Made by a program: the position numbers and the translations under genes. Source: Anaerolineales bacterium (GTDB lineage: Bacteria; Chloroflexota; Anaerolineae; Anaerolineales; UBA11579). From it: a stretch of 64,000 bases of DNA. Within the stretch, counting starts at the first letter, position 1. Every line of letters begins with the position of its first letter. The stretch is taken from NCBI GenBank assembly GCA_026129335.1, contig JAHCIH010000001.1, positions 92,678-156,677 of the forward strand, given 5' to 3'. The notes beneath the pieces were generated by a model. It had not been told where the DNA came from and searched no databases. It worked only from the letters and a program-made list of their open reading frames with translations. Shown in pieces: positions 1 to 8,583 of the stretch.

Positions 1-66
1 GCGGTCAATCACCCGCTGCAGGCGGCGCACTTCAATCAAATCCACTCCAGTAAACAGCGCAGGCAT
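1..66 (-). CDS. acpS: holo-ACP synthase (AcpS-type phosphopantetheinyl transferase), first 22 codons only; the gene runs off the left edge
   Basis: The minus-strand ATG at 66..64 reads MPALFTGVDLIEVRRLQRVIDR, matching the G-x-D-x-x-E-x-x-R N-terminus typical of AcpS. It forms an ATGA overlap with the stop of the upstream peptidase gene. Confidence 0.45.
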   Translation of the reverse strand, partial: MPALFTGVDLIEVRRLQRVIDR

Positions 67-1355
67 CAGGGCTCCAGGGGCGGGCCGGCGATGGCCACCG
101 CCAGCTTGTCCGGCTGCAGGTACCTGGCCGCGGCTTCCAGCACCTGCTCACGGGTGACCGCGCGGATGCGGGCCGGGTATTCGCGGTAATAGTCCAGGCC
201 CAGCCCATAGCGTTCCATGTTCAACATGGCGTCAGCCACGCCGCCGTTGCTCTCCAACGAGAGCGGCATGCTGCCGATGAAGTTGGACTGGCTGTCGCTG
301 AGTTCCTCTTCGCTGACCAGTTCGCTGGTGAAGCGCGTGATTTCCTGGAAGATCAACTCAGTTGCCTTTTGTTCGTTGGCCGGGTTCACTCCGGCGGCCA
401 CGTCCCAGGCGCCAGGCCCCAGCCCGCCGCCCAGGCCACTGTAAGCGTAATAGGCCAGGCCAGCCTTCTCGCGCACCGCGTCGCCGATGCGGCCCATCAG
501 GCCGAAGCGGCCCAGCACGCTGTTGCCCAGGTTGGCGGCCATAAAGTCCGGCGAGAGCCGTGAAGGGCCGGCGGTGCCGACCACCAGGTCGCTCTGGCTC
601 ATGCCCGGGATGACGTGGCGTTTGGAGACACGCTCTTCCAGCGGCTGCCAGGCGGGCAGTTCCGGCGGGGCGGCCTGCTCGGGGTTGGCCCAGTCTTCCA
701 GCGCGGCGCGCACCTGCTCCACGGCCTGCTCGGCCGGTATGCCACCGGCCACGGCGATGACCATGCCGCGCGGGCCATAGACCTGGCGGTGGAAGTCGGC
801 CAGGTCGTCGCTCAGGATGGCGCCGATGGTCTCCACGGTGCCGTCGTCTGGCCGGCTGTAGGGATGCTCGCGGTAGACCAGCTCATCGAAGACCATGGCA
901 GCCATATCGCGGGTGTCCTGCGCACGCAGGGCCAGCCCGGTGAGCAGTTGGGCGCGCAGCTTCTTGACCTGCTCGGCGGGGAAGCTGGGCGTGCGCAAAC
1001 CTTCGTTGAGGATGTCCAGCAACAGCGGCAAATCTTCAGCCAGCGCTTTGCCGCCGAAGCTGGTGGTGTGCGTGCCGCTGTTGAAGCCGAAGCTGGCGCC
1101 GATGGATTCCAGCGCGTTGTAAATCTCCTGGAAATTGCGCTTGGCCGTGCCGTGCATCAGCGCGTCGGCGGTGAAGTCGGCCAGGCCCAACTTGTCGTCG
1201 GGGTCGAAGAGGCTGCCCGCCTGCAGGTAACCGCGCAGGGTGACTGCCAGGCTGTTGGGGTTGTGGCGGGCCAGCACCACGATGCCGTTGGCCAGCTCGA
1301 CGCGGGTGATGTCGTCGCTGCCGGGGATGGAGGAGGACTTGCGCGCCGCGCTCAT
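66..1355 (-). CDS. M16 (pitrilysin/insulinase) family peptidase, probably the non-catalytic partner subunit
   Basis: 429-aa ORF with M16 fold-like sequence (VELANGIVVLA..., FGFNSGTHTT...) but no HxxEH zinc motif. Its start overlaps the stop of the upstream M16 gene (ATGA at 1352..1355). Confidence 0.8.
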   Translation of the reverse strand: MSAARKSSSIPGSDDITRVELANGIVVLARHNPNSLAVTLRGYLQAGSLFDPDDKLGLADFTADALMHGTAKRNFQEIYNALESIGASFGFNSGTHTTSFGGKALAEDLPLLLDILNEGLRTPSFPAEQVKKLRAQLLTGLALRAQDTRDMAAMVFDELVYREHPYSRPDDGTVETIGAILSDDLADFHRQVYGPRGMVIAVAGGIPAEQAVEQVRAALEDWANPEQAAPPELPAWQPLEERVSKRHVIPGMSQSDLVVGTAGPSRLSPDFMAANLGNSVLGRFGLMGRIGDAVREKAGLAYYAYSGLGGGLGPGAWDVAAGVNPANEQKATELIFQEITRFTSELVSEEELSDSQSNFIGSMPLSLESNGGVADAMLNMERYGLGLDYYREYPARIRAVTREQVLEAAARYLQPDKLAVAIAGPPLEP

Positions 1356-2635
1356 GCCGCCTCTGCTTTGCCGTTCGGCTGGTAAACGCCCAGCACGCGG
1401 GTCTGCGGGCTGAGGTAGCGCTGGGCAGCGCGCTGCACATCGTCTGGGGTTACCTCGGCGAGGCGCTGCAGGTAGTTCTCGAACCAGGCATATTCATCGA
1501 AAATTTCGGCGAAGCCCAGCCAGAAAGCCTGGTTGGTGATACTCTCGCTGCCGTAGGCGAACAGCGCCTGGGACTGCTTCACCGCCCGGGCCAGTTCTTC
1601 CGGCTTGGGCGGGCTATCTTGCAGGCGGGCGATTTCGCCATCCAGCGCGGCGATGACTTCCTCGGCCTTGCGCTCCGGGTGCATCACGATGGTGATGTCG
1701 TACAGAAAGGGGTCGATGGTCGCCTGCAGGCCGCCGCTGACACCCACGGCCAGCTCCTTTTCCACCAGGCTCTGGTACAGCCGGGAGGTCTTGTTGGAGA
1801 GGCCGCCGCTGAAGATGTTCAGATTGCTGGGGCCGGCCAGCAGGCTGTCCGCCACGCTGAGGGCGAAGAAGTCCGCGTCTCTGGCGTCCAGCGCGCGGTA
1901 GGCCGCCTTGATGAAGACGGTTTCGCCCGGCCCCTGAGTGACCACGCGGCGTTCGGATTCCGGCAATGGCTCCGGCTGCGCCACGCGCTGCGGCGCCGGG
2001 CCGGCGGGGATGTCTCCGTACAGCTCGCGGATGCGTTCGAGCATCTTTTCGCTGTCGAAATCGCCGGCCATCGCCAGAATGGCGTTGTTCGGGGCGTAAA
2101 AATGCTTGTAATGGTTGAACAGGTCGTCGCGGCTCATGCTTTCCAGGTCGCGCATGCGCCCGATGACTTCGTGCTTGTAGGGGTGCTGGTCGAAGGCGGC
2201 TTCCTGCACGTCTTCGTCCAGGCGGAAGACGGGGTTGTTCTCGTGCCCCTGACGTTCGGAGATGATCACGGTGCGCTCGGAAGCGACCTCGTCCGACTCG
2301 AAATTGCTGTTCACCAGGCGGTCGGCCTCCAACCGCAGGCCCAGGTCGATCTTCTCGGCCGGCATGGTCTCGAAGTACGCCGTCCAGTCGATGTAGGTCA
2401 TCGCGTTCCAAAAGCCGCCATCACGGGAGATGTCTTTGTCCAGTTGGCCGGCGGGGAACTGCTCGGTGCCTTTGAACTGCATGTGCTCCACCCAGTGTGA
2501 AGCACCGGTGAGACCATCGGGCTCGTCGCGCGAGCCCACGCGCACCCACAGCCAGTGGCTGATGATCGGCGTGGTGTGGATTTCCTTGAGCAGAATGCTA
2601 AGGCCGTTTGACAGGGTGGTTTTTAGGACATCCAT
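1352..2635 (-). CDS. M16 family zinc peptidase, catalytic subunit
   Basis: Contains HWVEH (the HxxEH inverted zincin motif) followed by MQFKGT. I chose the ATG at 2635 (MDVLKTTLSNGL); the ORF track starts 9 codons earlier. Confidence 0.85.
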   Translation of the reverse strand: MDVLKTTLSNGLSILLKEIHTTPIISHWLWVRVGSRDEPDGLTGASHWVEHMQFKGTEQFPAGQLDKDISRDGGFWNAMTYIDWTAYFETMPAEKIDLGLRLEADRLVNSNFESDEVASERTVIISERQGHENNPVFRLDEDVQEAAFDQHPYKHEVIGRMRDLESMSRDDLFNHYKHFYAPNNAILAMAGDFDSEKMLERIRELYGDIPAGPAPQRVAQPEPLPESERRVVTQGPGETVFIKAAYRALDARDADFFALSVADSLLAGPSNLNIFSGGLSNKTSRLYQSLVEKELAVGVSGGLQATIDPFLYDITIVMHPERKAEEVIAALDGEIARLQDSPPKPEELARAVKQSQALFAYGSESITNQAFWLGFAEIFDEYAWFENYLQRLAEVTPDDVQRAAQRYLSPQTRVLGVYQPNGKAEAA

Positions 2636-2705
2636 AACTTTCCAAATTCCGCAAAGCGCCACAAACTATAGCACACTCAAAGGGCGCAGCCCAATTCACG
2701 ATACA

Positions 2706-4091
2706 ATGCCCGATGGCAAATCGAGGACGATGAGCGACAAAGATTTCTCCCCATACCAGGTAGCCGTCATCGGCGCCGGGCCGGCTGGCCTGTTCGCCGC
2801 CCGCGAGCTGGCCAACGCTGGCGCCCAGGTGGCGCTGATTAACCGCGACATCAAGGCCGGCGGCCTGGCCGAATACGGCATCTACCCGAACAAGTTCAAG
2901 ATGAAAGACGGCCTGCGCCGCCAGTTCCGCCAAATTCTTGACCTGCCCAACATCCATTATTTCGGCAATTTGAAGATCAGCAAGGGCAGCGAACTGGACC
3001 TGGACGCGCTGCGCGGCATGGGCTTCGACGCGGTGCTGGTGGCCGTGGGCGCTCAGGGCACCAAGTGGCTGGGCCTGCCGGGCGAAGACCTGCCCGGCGT
3101 GTACCACGCCAAGGATTTGGTGTATCACTACAACCACCTGCCGCCGTTCAGCGGACAGCACTTCCAAATCGGCAGGCGGCTGGCCTGTGTGGGTGTGGGC
3201 AACGTGATGCTCGACATCGCCCATTGGGCGGTGCGTGAACTGAAGGTCGACGAACTGGTCGCCCTGGCCCGCCGCGGCGCGCCGGACGTGCGCTTCACCA
3301 AGAAGGAAATGGAAACCGTGGCTCGCAACTTGGACCTGGCGGCTCTGGATGCTGAACTGGAGCGCACCCGCGAGGCGACGATGGCCGCCGGGCAGGACCC
3401 CGAGGCCGCCAGAGCGTTCATCCTCTCGGCGCTGGACAATGCCGAGGAGCGGGTATCGGATACACGCTTCAGCTTCGAGTTTTTCGTCTCGCCGCACCGC
3501 ATATTGGCCAATGAAGACGGCGAGGTGCGCGCCATTGAAGTGGAGGACACCACCCTGGAAACCCAGGGGGACGGTCGCGTGAAGCTGGTCGGCCTGGGCA
3601 CGTATCGCGAAATCCCCTGCGACACGGTGATCTTCTGCATCGGCGACCGGGTGGACGCCGAGCTGGGCTTGCCTCTGGACGCGTGGGGTGAATTTGCCAA
3701 GCACCCCGAGCCGCGCTTCCCGGTGGCTGAGACGTCCTACGAAGCCTATGACCCCGAGAGCGGGGCCGCGCTGGACGGCGTGTTCCTGGCCGGCTGGGCC
3801 CGCGAGGCCAGCAGTGGGCTGGTGGGCACTGCCCGCAAAGACGGCACCAGCGCGGCCCAGGCCGTGCTGGCCAGCCTGGGCGCCGCCGCGCCGCGCGATG
3901 CGGACGCCGTAACTGCGCTGCGGGCGGCCACGGCCACGCTGGCGGAGCCGGTGGTGGGCAAGGCCGCCCTGGCCCGGCTCGAAGAAGCCGAGGCCGCCCT
4001 GGCCACGGAGCGCGGGCTGCTGGAGTTTAAGTTCGACAGTAATGAGGAAATGCTGGCGGCAATGGGCAAACTGCTGGCCGAGCAGGGTTAG
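2706..4091 (+). CDS. FAD/NAD(P)-binding oxidoreductase, FprA/adrenodoxin-reductase-like (ferredoxin-NADP+ reductase family)
   Basis: Has the VAVIGAGPAGLFAAREL dinucleotide-binding motif, a second Rossmann motif CVGVGNVMLD, and a GWA...G tail motif. The start is either ATG 2706 or ATG 2730; the 5-prime 276 nt of the track ORF overlap the divergent peptidase gene and were discarded. Confidence 0.7.
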   Translation: MPDGKSRTMSDKDFSPYQVAVIGAGPAGLFAARELANAGAQVALINRDIKAGGLAEYGIYPNKFKMKDGLRRQFRQILDLPNIHYFGNLKISKGSELDLDALRGMGFDAVLVAVGAQGTKWLGLPGEDLPGVYHAKDLVYHYNHLPPFSGQHFQIGRRLACVGVGNVMLDIAHWAVRELKVDELVALARRGAPDVRFTKKEMETVARNLDLAALDAELERTREATMAAGQDPEAARAFILSALDNAEERVSDTRFSFEFFVSPHRILANEDGEVRAIEVEDTTLETQGDGRVKLVGLGTYREIPCDTVIFCIGDRVDAELGLPLDAWGEFAKHPEPRFPVAETSYEAYDPESGAALDGVFLAGWAREASSGLVGTARKDGTSAAQAVLASLGAAAPRDADAVTALRAATATLAEPVVGKAALARLEEAEAALATERGLLEFKFDSNEEMLAAMGKLLAEQG

Positions 4092-4125
4092 CTCAGTTCG
4101 TTATTGCCAACCTGTCACAACTTGA

Positions 4126-4163
4126 GGCACAAAGTCATGACTTTGTGCCTTTGTTTTTTCTTG
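4126..4163. terminator. perfect 12+12 palindrome GGCACAAAGTCA/TGACTTTGTGCC followed by a T-run; likely terminator between convergent genes
   Basis: The palindrome lies at 4126..4149, followed by TTTGTTTTTTCTTG. It sits 35 nt after the stop of the + strand gene and overlaps the last codons of the minus-strand ORF 4135..4659. The core GGCACAAAG is shared with the repeats at 13733 and 15525. Confidence 0.6.
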
Positions 4164-4659
4164 CCCTGCCGTTCAAGAGTAGCGACCTTAGCCTGACCAG
4201 CCAGCGGCGCACGTCCACCTCCGCCCACCAGGGCGCCATCATCAGCAATCCCAGGAAGATGACCAACTGGCCGATGAGCACGCCGCGGCCTTGCCAATAA
4301 CCAAAGAAGGGCGCCGGCAGCGGCCGGGTGCCCAGGCCGAACACATCGGCCATGCCTGAGGTGAGCGCGATGACGTAGCCCGTGCCCACCAGGCGGGCGC
4401 CCAGCTCGGTGAGGATCAGCTTCTCTTTGTTGCGCCACAGCGCTTCCATTGTGAAGTAGCCGCCCAGGGCGATGAGGCCCAGGCCGGTAATGAAGACCTG
4501 GATTTGCACGATGCCCACCACCGGGCTGCCCTGCCAGCCGAACCATTCGGGTTGCGCCCCCAAAAGGAAGATAACAAAGCCGACCAAGGCGATGCCTATG
4601 CCGACCCGCTTGCGCAGGCCGCGGCTGGTGGCTGGCGCGGCGGGCAACCGATTGCTCAT
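4135..4659 (-). CDS. hypothetical integral membrane protein (about 4 TM segments)
   Basis: 174-aa ORF with an ATG start and several hydrophobic stretches (IGIALVGFVIFLL, VFITGLGLIALGGYF, VLIGQLVIFLGLLMM). I recognise no family. Confidence 0.55.
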   Translation of the reverse strand: MSNRLPAAPATSRGLRKRVGIGIALVGFVIFLLGAQPEWFGWQGSPVVGIVQIQVFITGLGLIALGGYFTMEALWRNKEKLILTELGARLVGTGYVIALTSGMADVFGLGTRPLPAPFFGYWQGRGVLIGQLVIFLGLLMMAPWWAEVDVRRWLVRLRSLLLNGRARKNKGTKS

Positions 4660-4775
4660 AGGCTGGATTGTAACCGCATGCCCTGGGGCGGATGTGACTG
4701 CCGCGGGACATCTGCCACTGTTGCCGGCGCCTGCCTGGCGTTATACCGGACTCAAACAGCAGCAGGAGGCTGACT

Positions 4776-5534
4776 ATGCAACTCTTCCAAGACAAGGTGG
4801 CGTTGGTCACCGGTGGCAGTACGGGCATTGGGCGGGCTACGGCGCTGAGCTTCGCTGCCAAAGGAGCCCGGGTCACCGTGGCCGACCTGAACTCCGAAGA
4901 AGCGCGCAAAACCGTGGCGCATATCGAAGAGGGCGGGGGCGCGGCCATCTTTGTCGAGACGGACGTCTCCGACCCGGCACAGGCGCAGGCCATGGTGGCC
5001 GAAACGCTGAAGGCGTTTGGCCGCCTGGACTACGCCTGCAATAACGCCGGCATCGAAGGCGTATCCGCCCCTGCTGCGGATATGGCGGAGGCCGATTGGC
5101 AGCGGGTCATCGGCGTCAACCTGAGCGGCGTGTTCTATTCAATGAAGTACGAGATACCCGCCATGCTCGAGGCGGGCGGCGCTATTGTCAACATGGCTTC
5201 GATACTCGGCCAAGTGGGCTTCGCCAATGCGGCGGCCTACACCGCCGCCAAGCACGGAGTGCTGGGGCTGACCAAGGCGGCCGCCCTGGAATACGCCAAG
5301 GCCGGTGTGCGGGTCAACGCGGTCTGCCCAGCGTTCATCGCCACGCCGATGTTGGAGCGGGCGGGCATCACCAGCAATGAGACGGTGCGCGGGGCGATTC
5401 AGGCGGCGCACCCGGTTGGCCGCCTGGGCGAACCGGAAGAGATTGCCGGCGTGGTCACCTTTCTGTGCTCGCCGGAGGCCTCCTTTATGCACGGCGAAGC
5501 CGTGCTGGTGGATGGCGGCTACGTAGCCCAATAG
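4776..5534 (+). CDS. SDR family oxidoreductase (classical short-chain dehydrogenase)
   Basis: Has TGGSTGIG cofactor motif, NNAG, and the catalytic Y-x-x-x-K (YTAAKHG). An AGGAGG RBS lies 7 nt upstream. Confidence 0.9.
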   Translation: MQLFQDKVALVTGGSTGIGRATALSFAAKGARVTVADLNSEEARKTVAHIEEGGGAAIFVETDVSDPAQAQAMVAETLKAFGRLDYACNNAGIEGVSAPAADMAEADWQRVIGVNLSGVFYSMKYEIPAMLEAGGAIVNMASILGQVGFANAAAYTAAKHGVLGLTKAAALEYAKAGVRVNAVCPAFIATPMLERAGITSNETVRGAIQAAHPVGRLGEPEEIAGVVTFLCSPEASFMHGEAVLVDGGYVAQ

Positions 5535-5565
5535 CTCCGAGCCTCATCGGTGCTGAGGCGGAAAG

Positions 5566-6795
5566 CTAGGCGCTGAACTCGAAGGCGGCTTTGATGATGC
5601 CCTCCGAGCCCTTTTGGGCCAGGTCTTCGAGGGCTTTCTTGTAATCCCCCAGCGCGTATTTGCGGTTGACCAACCAGGCGAGGTCGGCTTTGCCCTGCGC
5701 CATGAGGTGGATGGCCAGGTCGTAGGTCTTCCAGGTCTTGCCCTGATACTGCTCGGCGTGGTTGTACTCCGTGGCGGCGAGGAGGCGCAACTCCTGGCTG
5801 AAGATGGCCGACCAGTCCACGCCCTTGGCCTGGCCGGGCACGCCCACCAGCACTACCGTGCCGCCGCGGCGCGCCAGGCGGTTGGCGTCGTCCAGCGCGC
5901 TGTCTACTCCGGTGCACTCGTAGACGCGGTCCACGCCGCCCTCCACTACGCGCTTGCCCAGCAATGGGCGGAGCAGCTCAGCGCCGGTTCGCTCGGCGAC
6001 CTGCGTATACAGGTCGCCGCCCTGCAGCACCTCGTCTGCGCCGAGGCGGCGGGCCGCCTCGGCCTGGTGGGCGTAGCGCGCCGAGACCAGCACGCGGGCT
6101 TTGCTGCCCAAGGCGCGCAGCGCGGCCAGGGTGACCAGGCCAATGGTGCCGGCGCCGAGGATCAGGATGGTCTCGTCGGCGCCGGGCAGGTCGGCCAGCA
6201 CGGCGTGCAGGCCGCAGGCGAACGGCTCGACCATTAGGGCGGCCTCGTCGCTGAGCGCATCGGGCACCGCGTAGAGCTGGCTGCTGTGGGCTACGAAGTT
6301 CTCGCTCCAGGAACCGCCCGTGTCGGGGCAGGAGCCGATGAACAGGCCAGGGGCCAGCGCGCCGGAGCGGCGGTTGAGGCAGCGGTTGGTCAAGCCCTGT
6401 TGGCAGCTGGCGCACCAGTCGGCTTTGGCGAAGCCGCGCGGGGCGCACCAAAGCGTGGGCTCGACGACCACACGCTGGCCGGCCTTGAAGCCGCTGACCG
6501 CCGAGCCGAGCTCGCTGATCAGGCCGACGTTCTCGTGGCCGAAGGTGAAGGGGAAGGCGCTGTAAGGCGAGAAGTAGGGGCTGGTCTTGAGGTAGATCGT
6601 CCCCAGGTCAGTGCCGCAGATGCCGCCCAGCCGGGTGGCGACTCGGGCCCAATCGGGGCCGGGCAGGGCCGGCGGGGGCAGCTCGCGCAGCACCGTACAG
6701 GACAGCCCGGACCACAGCAGGCCAGGGGCGATGCCGCCCAGCGCCAGGCCGAGGCCGTAGCGCGGGTAGGAGAAGGTGAACTGCACGGCCTGCAT
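5566..6795 (-). CDS. zinc-dependent medium-chain alcohol dehydrogenase family protein
   Basis: Has GICGTDL and GHE zinc-ligand motifs, a CxxC structural-zinc region (CASCQQGLTNRC), and a GAGTIGL Rossmann motif. Confidence 0.85.
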   Translation of the reverse strand: MQAVQFTFSYPRYGLGLALGGIAPGLLWSGLSCTVLRELPPPALPGPDWARVATRLGGICGTDLGTIYLKTSPYFSPYSAFPFTFGHENVGLISELGSAVSGFKAGQRVVVEPTLWCAPRGFAKADWCASCQQGLTNRCLNRRSGALAPGLFIGSCPDTGGSWSENFVAHSSQLYAVPDALSDEAALMVEPFACGLHAVLADLPGADETILILGAGTIGLVTLAALRALGSKARVLVSARYAHQAEAARRLGADEVLQGGDLYTQVAERTGAELLRPLLGKRVVEGGVDRVYECTGVDSALDDANRLARRGGTVVLVGVPGQAKGVDWSAIFSQELRLLAATEYNHAEQYQGKTWKTYDLAIHLMAQGKADLAWLVNRKYALGDYKKALEDLAQKGSEGIIKAAFEFSA

Positions 6796-6819
6796 GCCGC
6801 GATTATAAAGCCAGCGGGG

Positions 6820-7254
6820 TCAGCGGGCGGCGGCGTCCATCAGTGCCTTGCCGGTCTCGGTGGGCTTGGCGCGGCCCCACAGGCTGGCCGCCAACAGCAG
6901 CGCCGCGGCAGCCTGCAGAGCGCGGGCGGGCAGCTGCCAATCCGGCCGGGCCGCCAGGCTGGCCGCCGCCAGCAGCCACACGCCCAGGTTCAGCAGCGCC
7001 AGCGCGGCCCAGGCCAGCCGCGGGTCGCCGCGTTTGGGCTCGCCGCGGAAGCGGGGGAAGATCCAATAGGCCACGCCGAAGACCAGCTGCACGATCCAGC
7101 CCATCAGCATAAAGTCGACATGCAGCGGCAGCAGCGCCCACAGAGACGGATGCAGCGGGATGGCCTTGTTGACCAGCAGGACCGCACCGAAAGTGATGCC
7201 CAGCAGGAAGTGCAGCAGGGCCAGGCGGATACCCCAAACGCTGAAACGCGGCAT
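6820..7254 (-). CDS. small polytopic membrane protein, paralogue B of a tandem pair (unknown family)
   Basis: The ATG at 7254 overlaps the TGA of the upstream paralogue by 1 nt. It shares the motif H-x-x-F-[LM]-L-x-G-W-[VI]-x-Q-[ML]-[IV]-x-G-V-x-x-W-[FI]-F-P-[KR] and LLNLG with 7254..7655. The upstream two-thirds of the track ORF 6820..7836 is out-of-context read-through and was discarded. Confidence 0.65.
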   Translation of the reverse strand: MPRFSVWGIRLALLHFLLGITFGAVLLVNKAIPLHPSLWALLPLHVDFMLMGWIVQLVFGVAYWIFPRFRGEPKRGDPRLAWAALALLNLGVWLLAAASLAARPDWQLPARALQAAAALLLAASLWGRAKPTETGKALMDAAAR

Positions 7255-7655
7255 CAGCGTTCCTTGATGCGCGGCCAGGAGTTGAGCACGAAGAGCAGCC
7301 CGGCCAGCCACTGCATGGCAGCCGAAGCGACCAGCACCCAGGCCCACAGCGGCTGGGCCTGCCCCGAGAAGAGCGGCTCGGCCAGGGCGCGCAGCAGCAG
7401 GCCCAGGTTGAGCAGCCAAAATGTCGCCCAGGCGGCCGCTTCGCTGCCGCGCGGGCGCTGCTGGTTGTACTTGGGGAAGAACCAGAAGCCCACGCCCATG
7501 ATCATCTGGGTGACCCAACCGACCAGGAATAGGTGGAAGTACACCGCCGAGAGGCCGGGGATGCTCAGGCCGGCCGCCTGGGCGATCGCTAAGCCCAGCG
7601 CCAGCACAAGGTAGAGCAGCGAGGCCTTGATGAACCAACGGGTAATCGCAGGCAT
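7254..7655 (-). CDS. small polytopic membrane protein, paralogue A of a tandem pair (unknown family)
   Basis: 133-aa ORF with about 4 TM segments. Contains FHLFLVGWVTQMIMGVGFWFFPK and WLLNLG. Confidence 0.65.
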   Translation of the reverse strand: MPAITRWFIKASLLYLVLALGLAIAQAAGLSIPGLSAVYFHLFLVGWVTQMIMGVGFWFFPKYNQQRPRGSEAAAWATFWLLNLGLLLRALAEPLFSGQAQPLWAWVLVASAAMQWLAGLLFVLNSWPRIKER

Positions 7656-7663
7656 CGTTGCGG

Positions 7664-8029
7664 CTAACCGCCGCGGCCCAGCAGTCCGCCGGCGCTTTCC
7701 GGCGGCAGCGTGTCCGAGGTCTGGCGCAAGATGGCGAGGAAGACCAGTTCTTCGTCCAGGGCCTCCACGGCGTGCGTTTCGCCCACATCGAAGACCAACA
7801 GTGAGTGCGGGCCGAACTCGGCGGGCTGGCCATCACCGCCGGTGAAGCGACCGCGGCCTTGCAGCACCACGATGAACAGCGGCGAGCTGGGCGCCTTGTG
7901 TTCGCGGATGCTCTGGCCCGGCTTGAGCGTGAAGCGGATGATCCGACCGCTGGAATCGACCAGGATCGGCTCGGCGTTGGGGTTTTCGTCTTTGAAGACC
8001 AGATTGTCCAATAAGGCGAGGGATTTCAT
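7664..8029 (-). CDS. cupin domain protein
   Basis: ATG at 8029 with an AGGAG RBS. The roughly 121-aa product has a cupin-like G-x5-H-x-A...G...H pattern (PGQSIREHKAP ... GETHAVEA). Confidence 0.65.
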   Translation of the reverse strand: MKSLALLDNLVFKDENPNAEPILVDSSGRIIRFTLKPGQSIREHKAPSSPLFIVVLQGRGRFTGGDGQPAEFGPHSLLVFDVGETHAVEALDEELVFLAILRQTSDTLPPESAGGLLGRGG

Positions 8030-8046
8030 AGGTTGCTCCTTTCTGC

Positions 8047-8517
8047 TTACCAGCCGCGGGCGGCGACCATCATCAGAATGAAGGCGAGGCTGATCACCAC
8101 CAGGCCGATGCGCGGCACCAGTTGCATGCGGCGCAGGATGGCCGGGTCCTGGTCGCCGCCCGCAAAACGGGCTTCGAACTGCCCGAGCACACCGAAGTGC
8201 ACCAGGGTAATGATCATACCCAACCCGCCACCGGCCAATACCAACAGGCCGTGCCGGCTGCTCAGGTAGGCGCCCATATTCCGCCAGCCGGTCATCAGGT
8301 AGTTCAGCCACAGGCCGGAGAGCATGGTGGCGGCGATGAGGTGCGAGGCCAGCCGCGAGATGCTCGGGAAGATGCGGGTCATGAACAGCTTGCGTGTCTC
8401 CAGCGGCATCTTGCTGACCTGTGGCATGAACACAAAGGCCATCAGGCAAATCTCGCCCAACCAGGCGGCGAAGGCGAGGATGTGTATCCAACGGGCGATA
8501 TTGATCCAGCTTGGCAT
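8047..8517 (-). CDS. membrane protein, CopD-like / DUF-type 4-TM protein
   Basis: Starts MPSWINIARWIHILAFAAWLGEI. The W-x-H-x-x-A-x-x-x-W-x-G opening helix resembles CopD-type copper-handling membrane proteins. Family assignment is tentative. Confidence 0.5.
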   Translation of the reverse strand: MPSWINIARWIHILAFAAWLGEICLMAFVFMPQVSKMPLETRKLFMTRIFPSISRLASHLIAATMLSGLWLNYLMTGWRNMGAYLSSRHGLLVLAGGGLGMIITLVHFGVLGQFEARFAGGDQDPAILRRMQLVPRIGLVVISLAFILMMVAARGW

Positions 8518-8583
8518 CAGATTCTCTGGCGAATGACAGGGCGGGGTGGCGCCGTGAGGCATTGCCACCCCGCCCGGGTCAGA

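Noticed and set aside
6820-7836. 338-aa ORF spanning both small membrane genes and part of the cupin gene region.
   Set aside because: Only the last 144 codons are hydrophobic and paralogous to the neighbouring gene. The upstream part is Arg/Pro/Gly-rich read-through in the wrong frame of 7254..7655.
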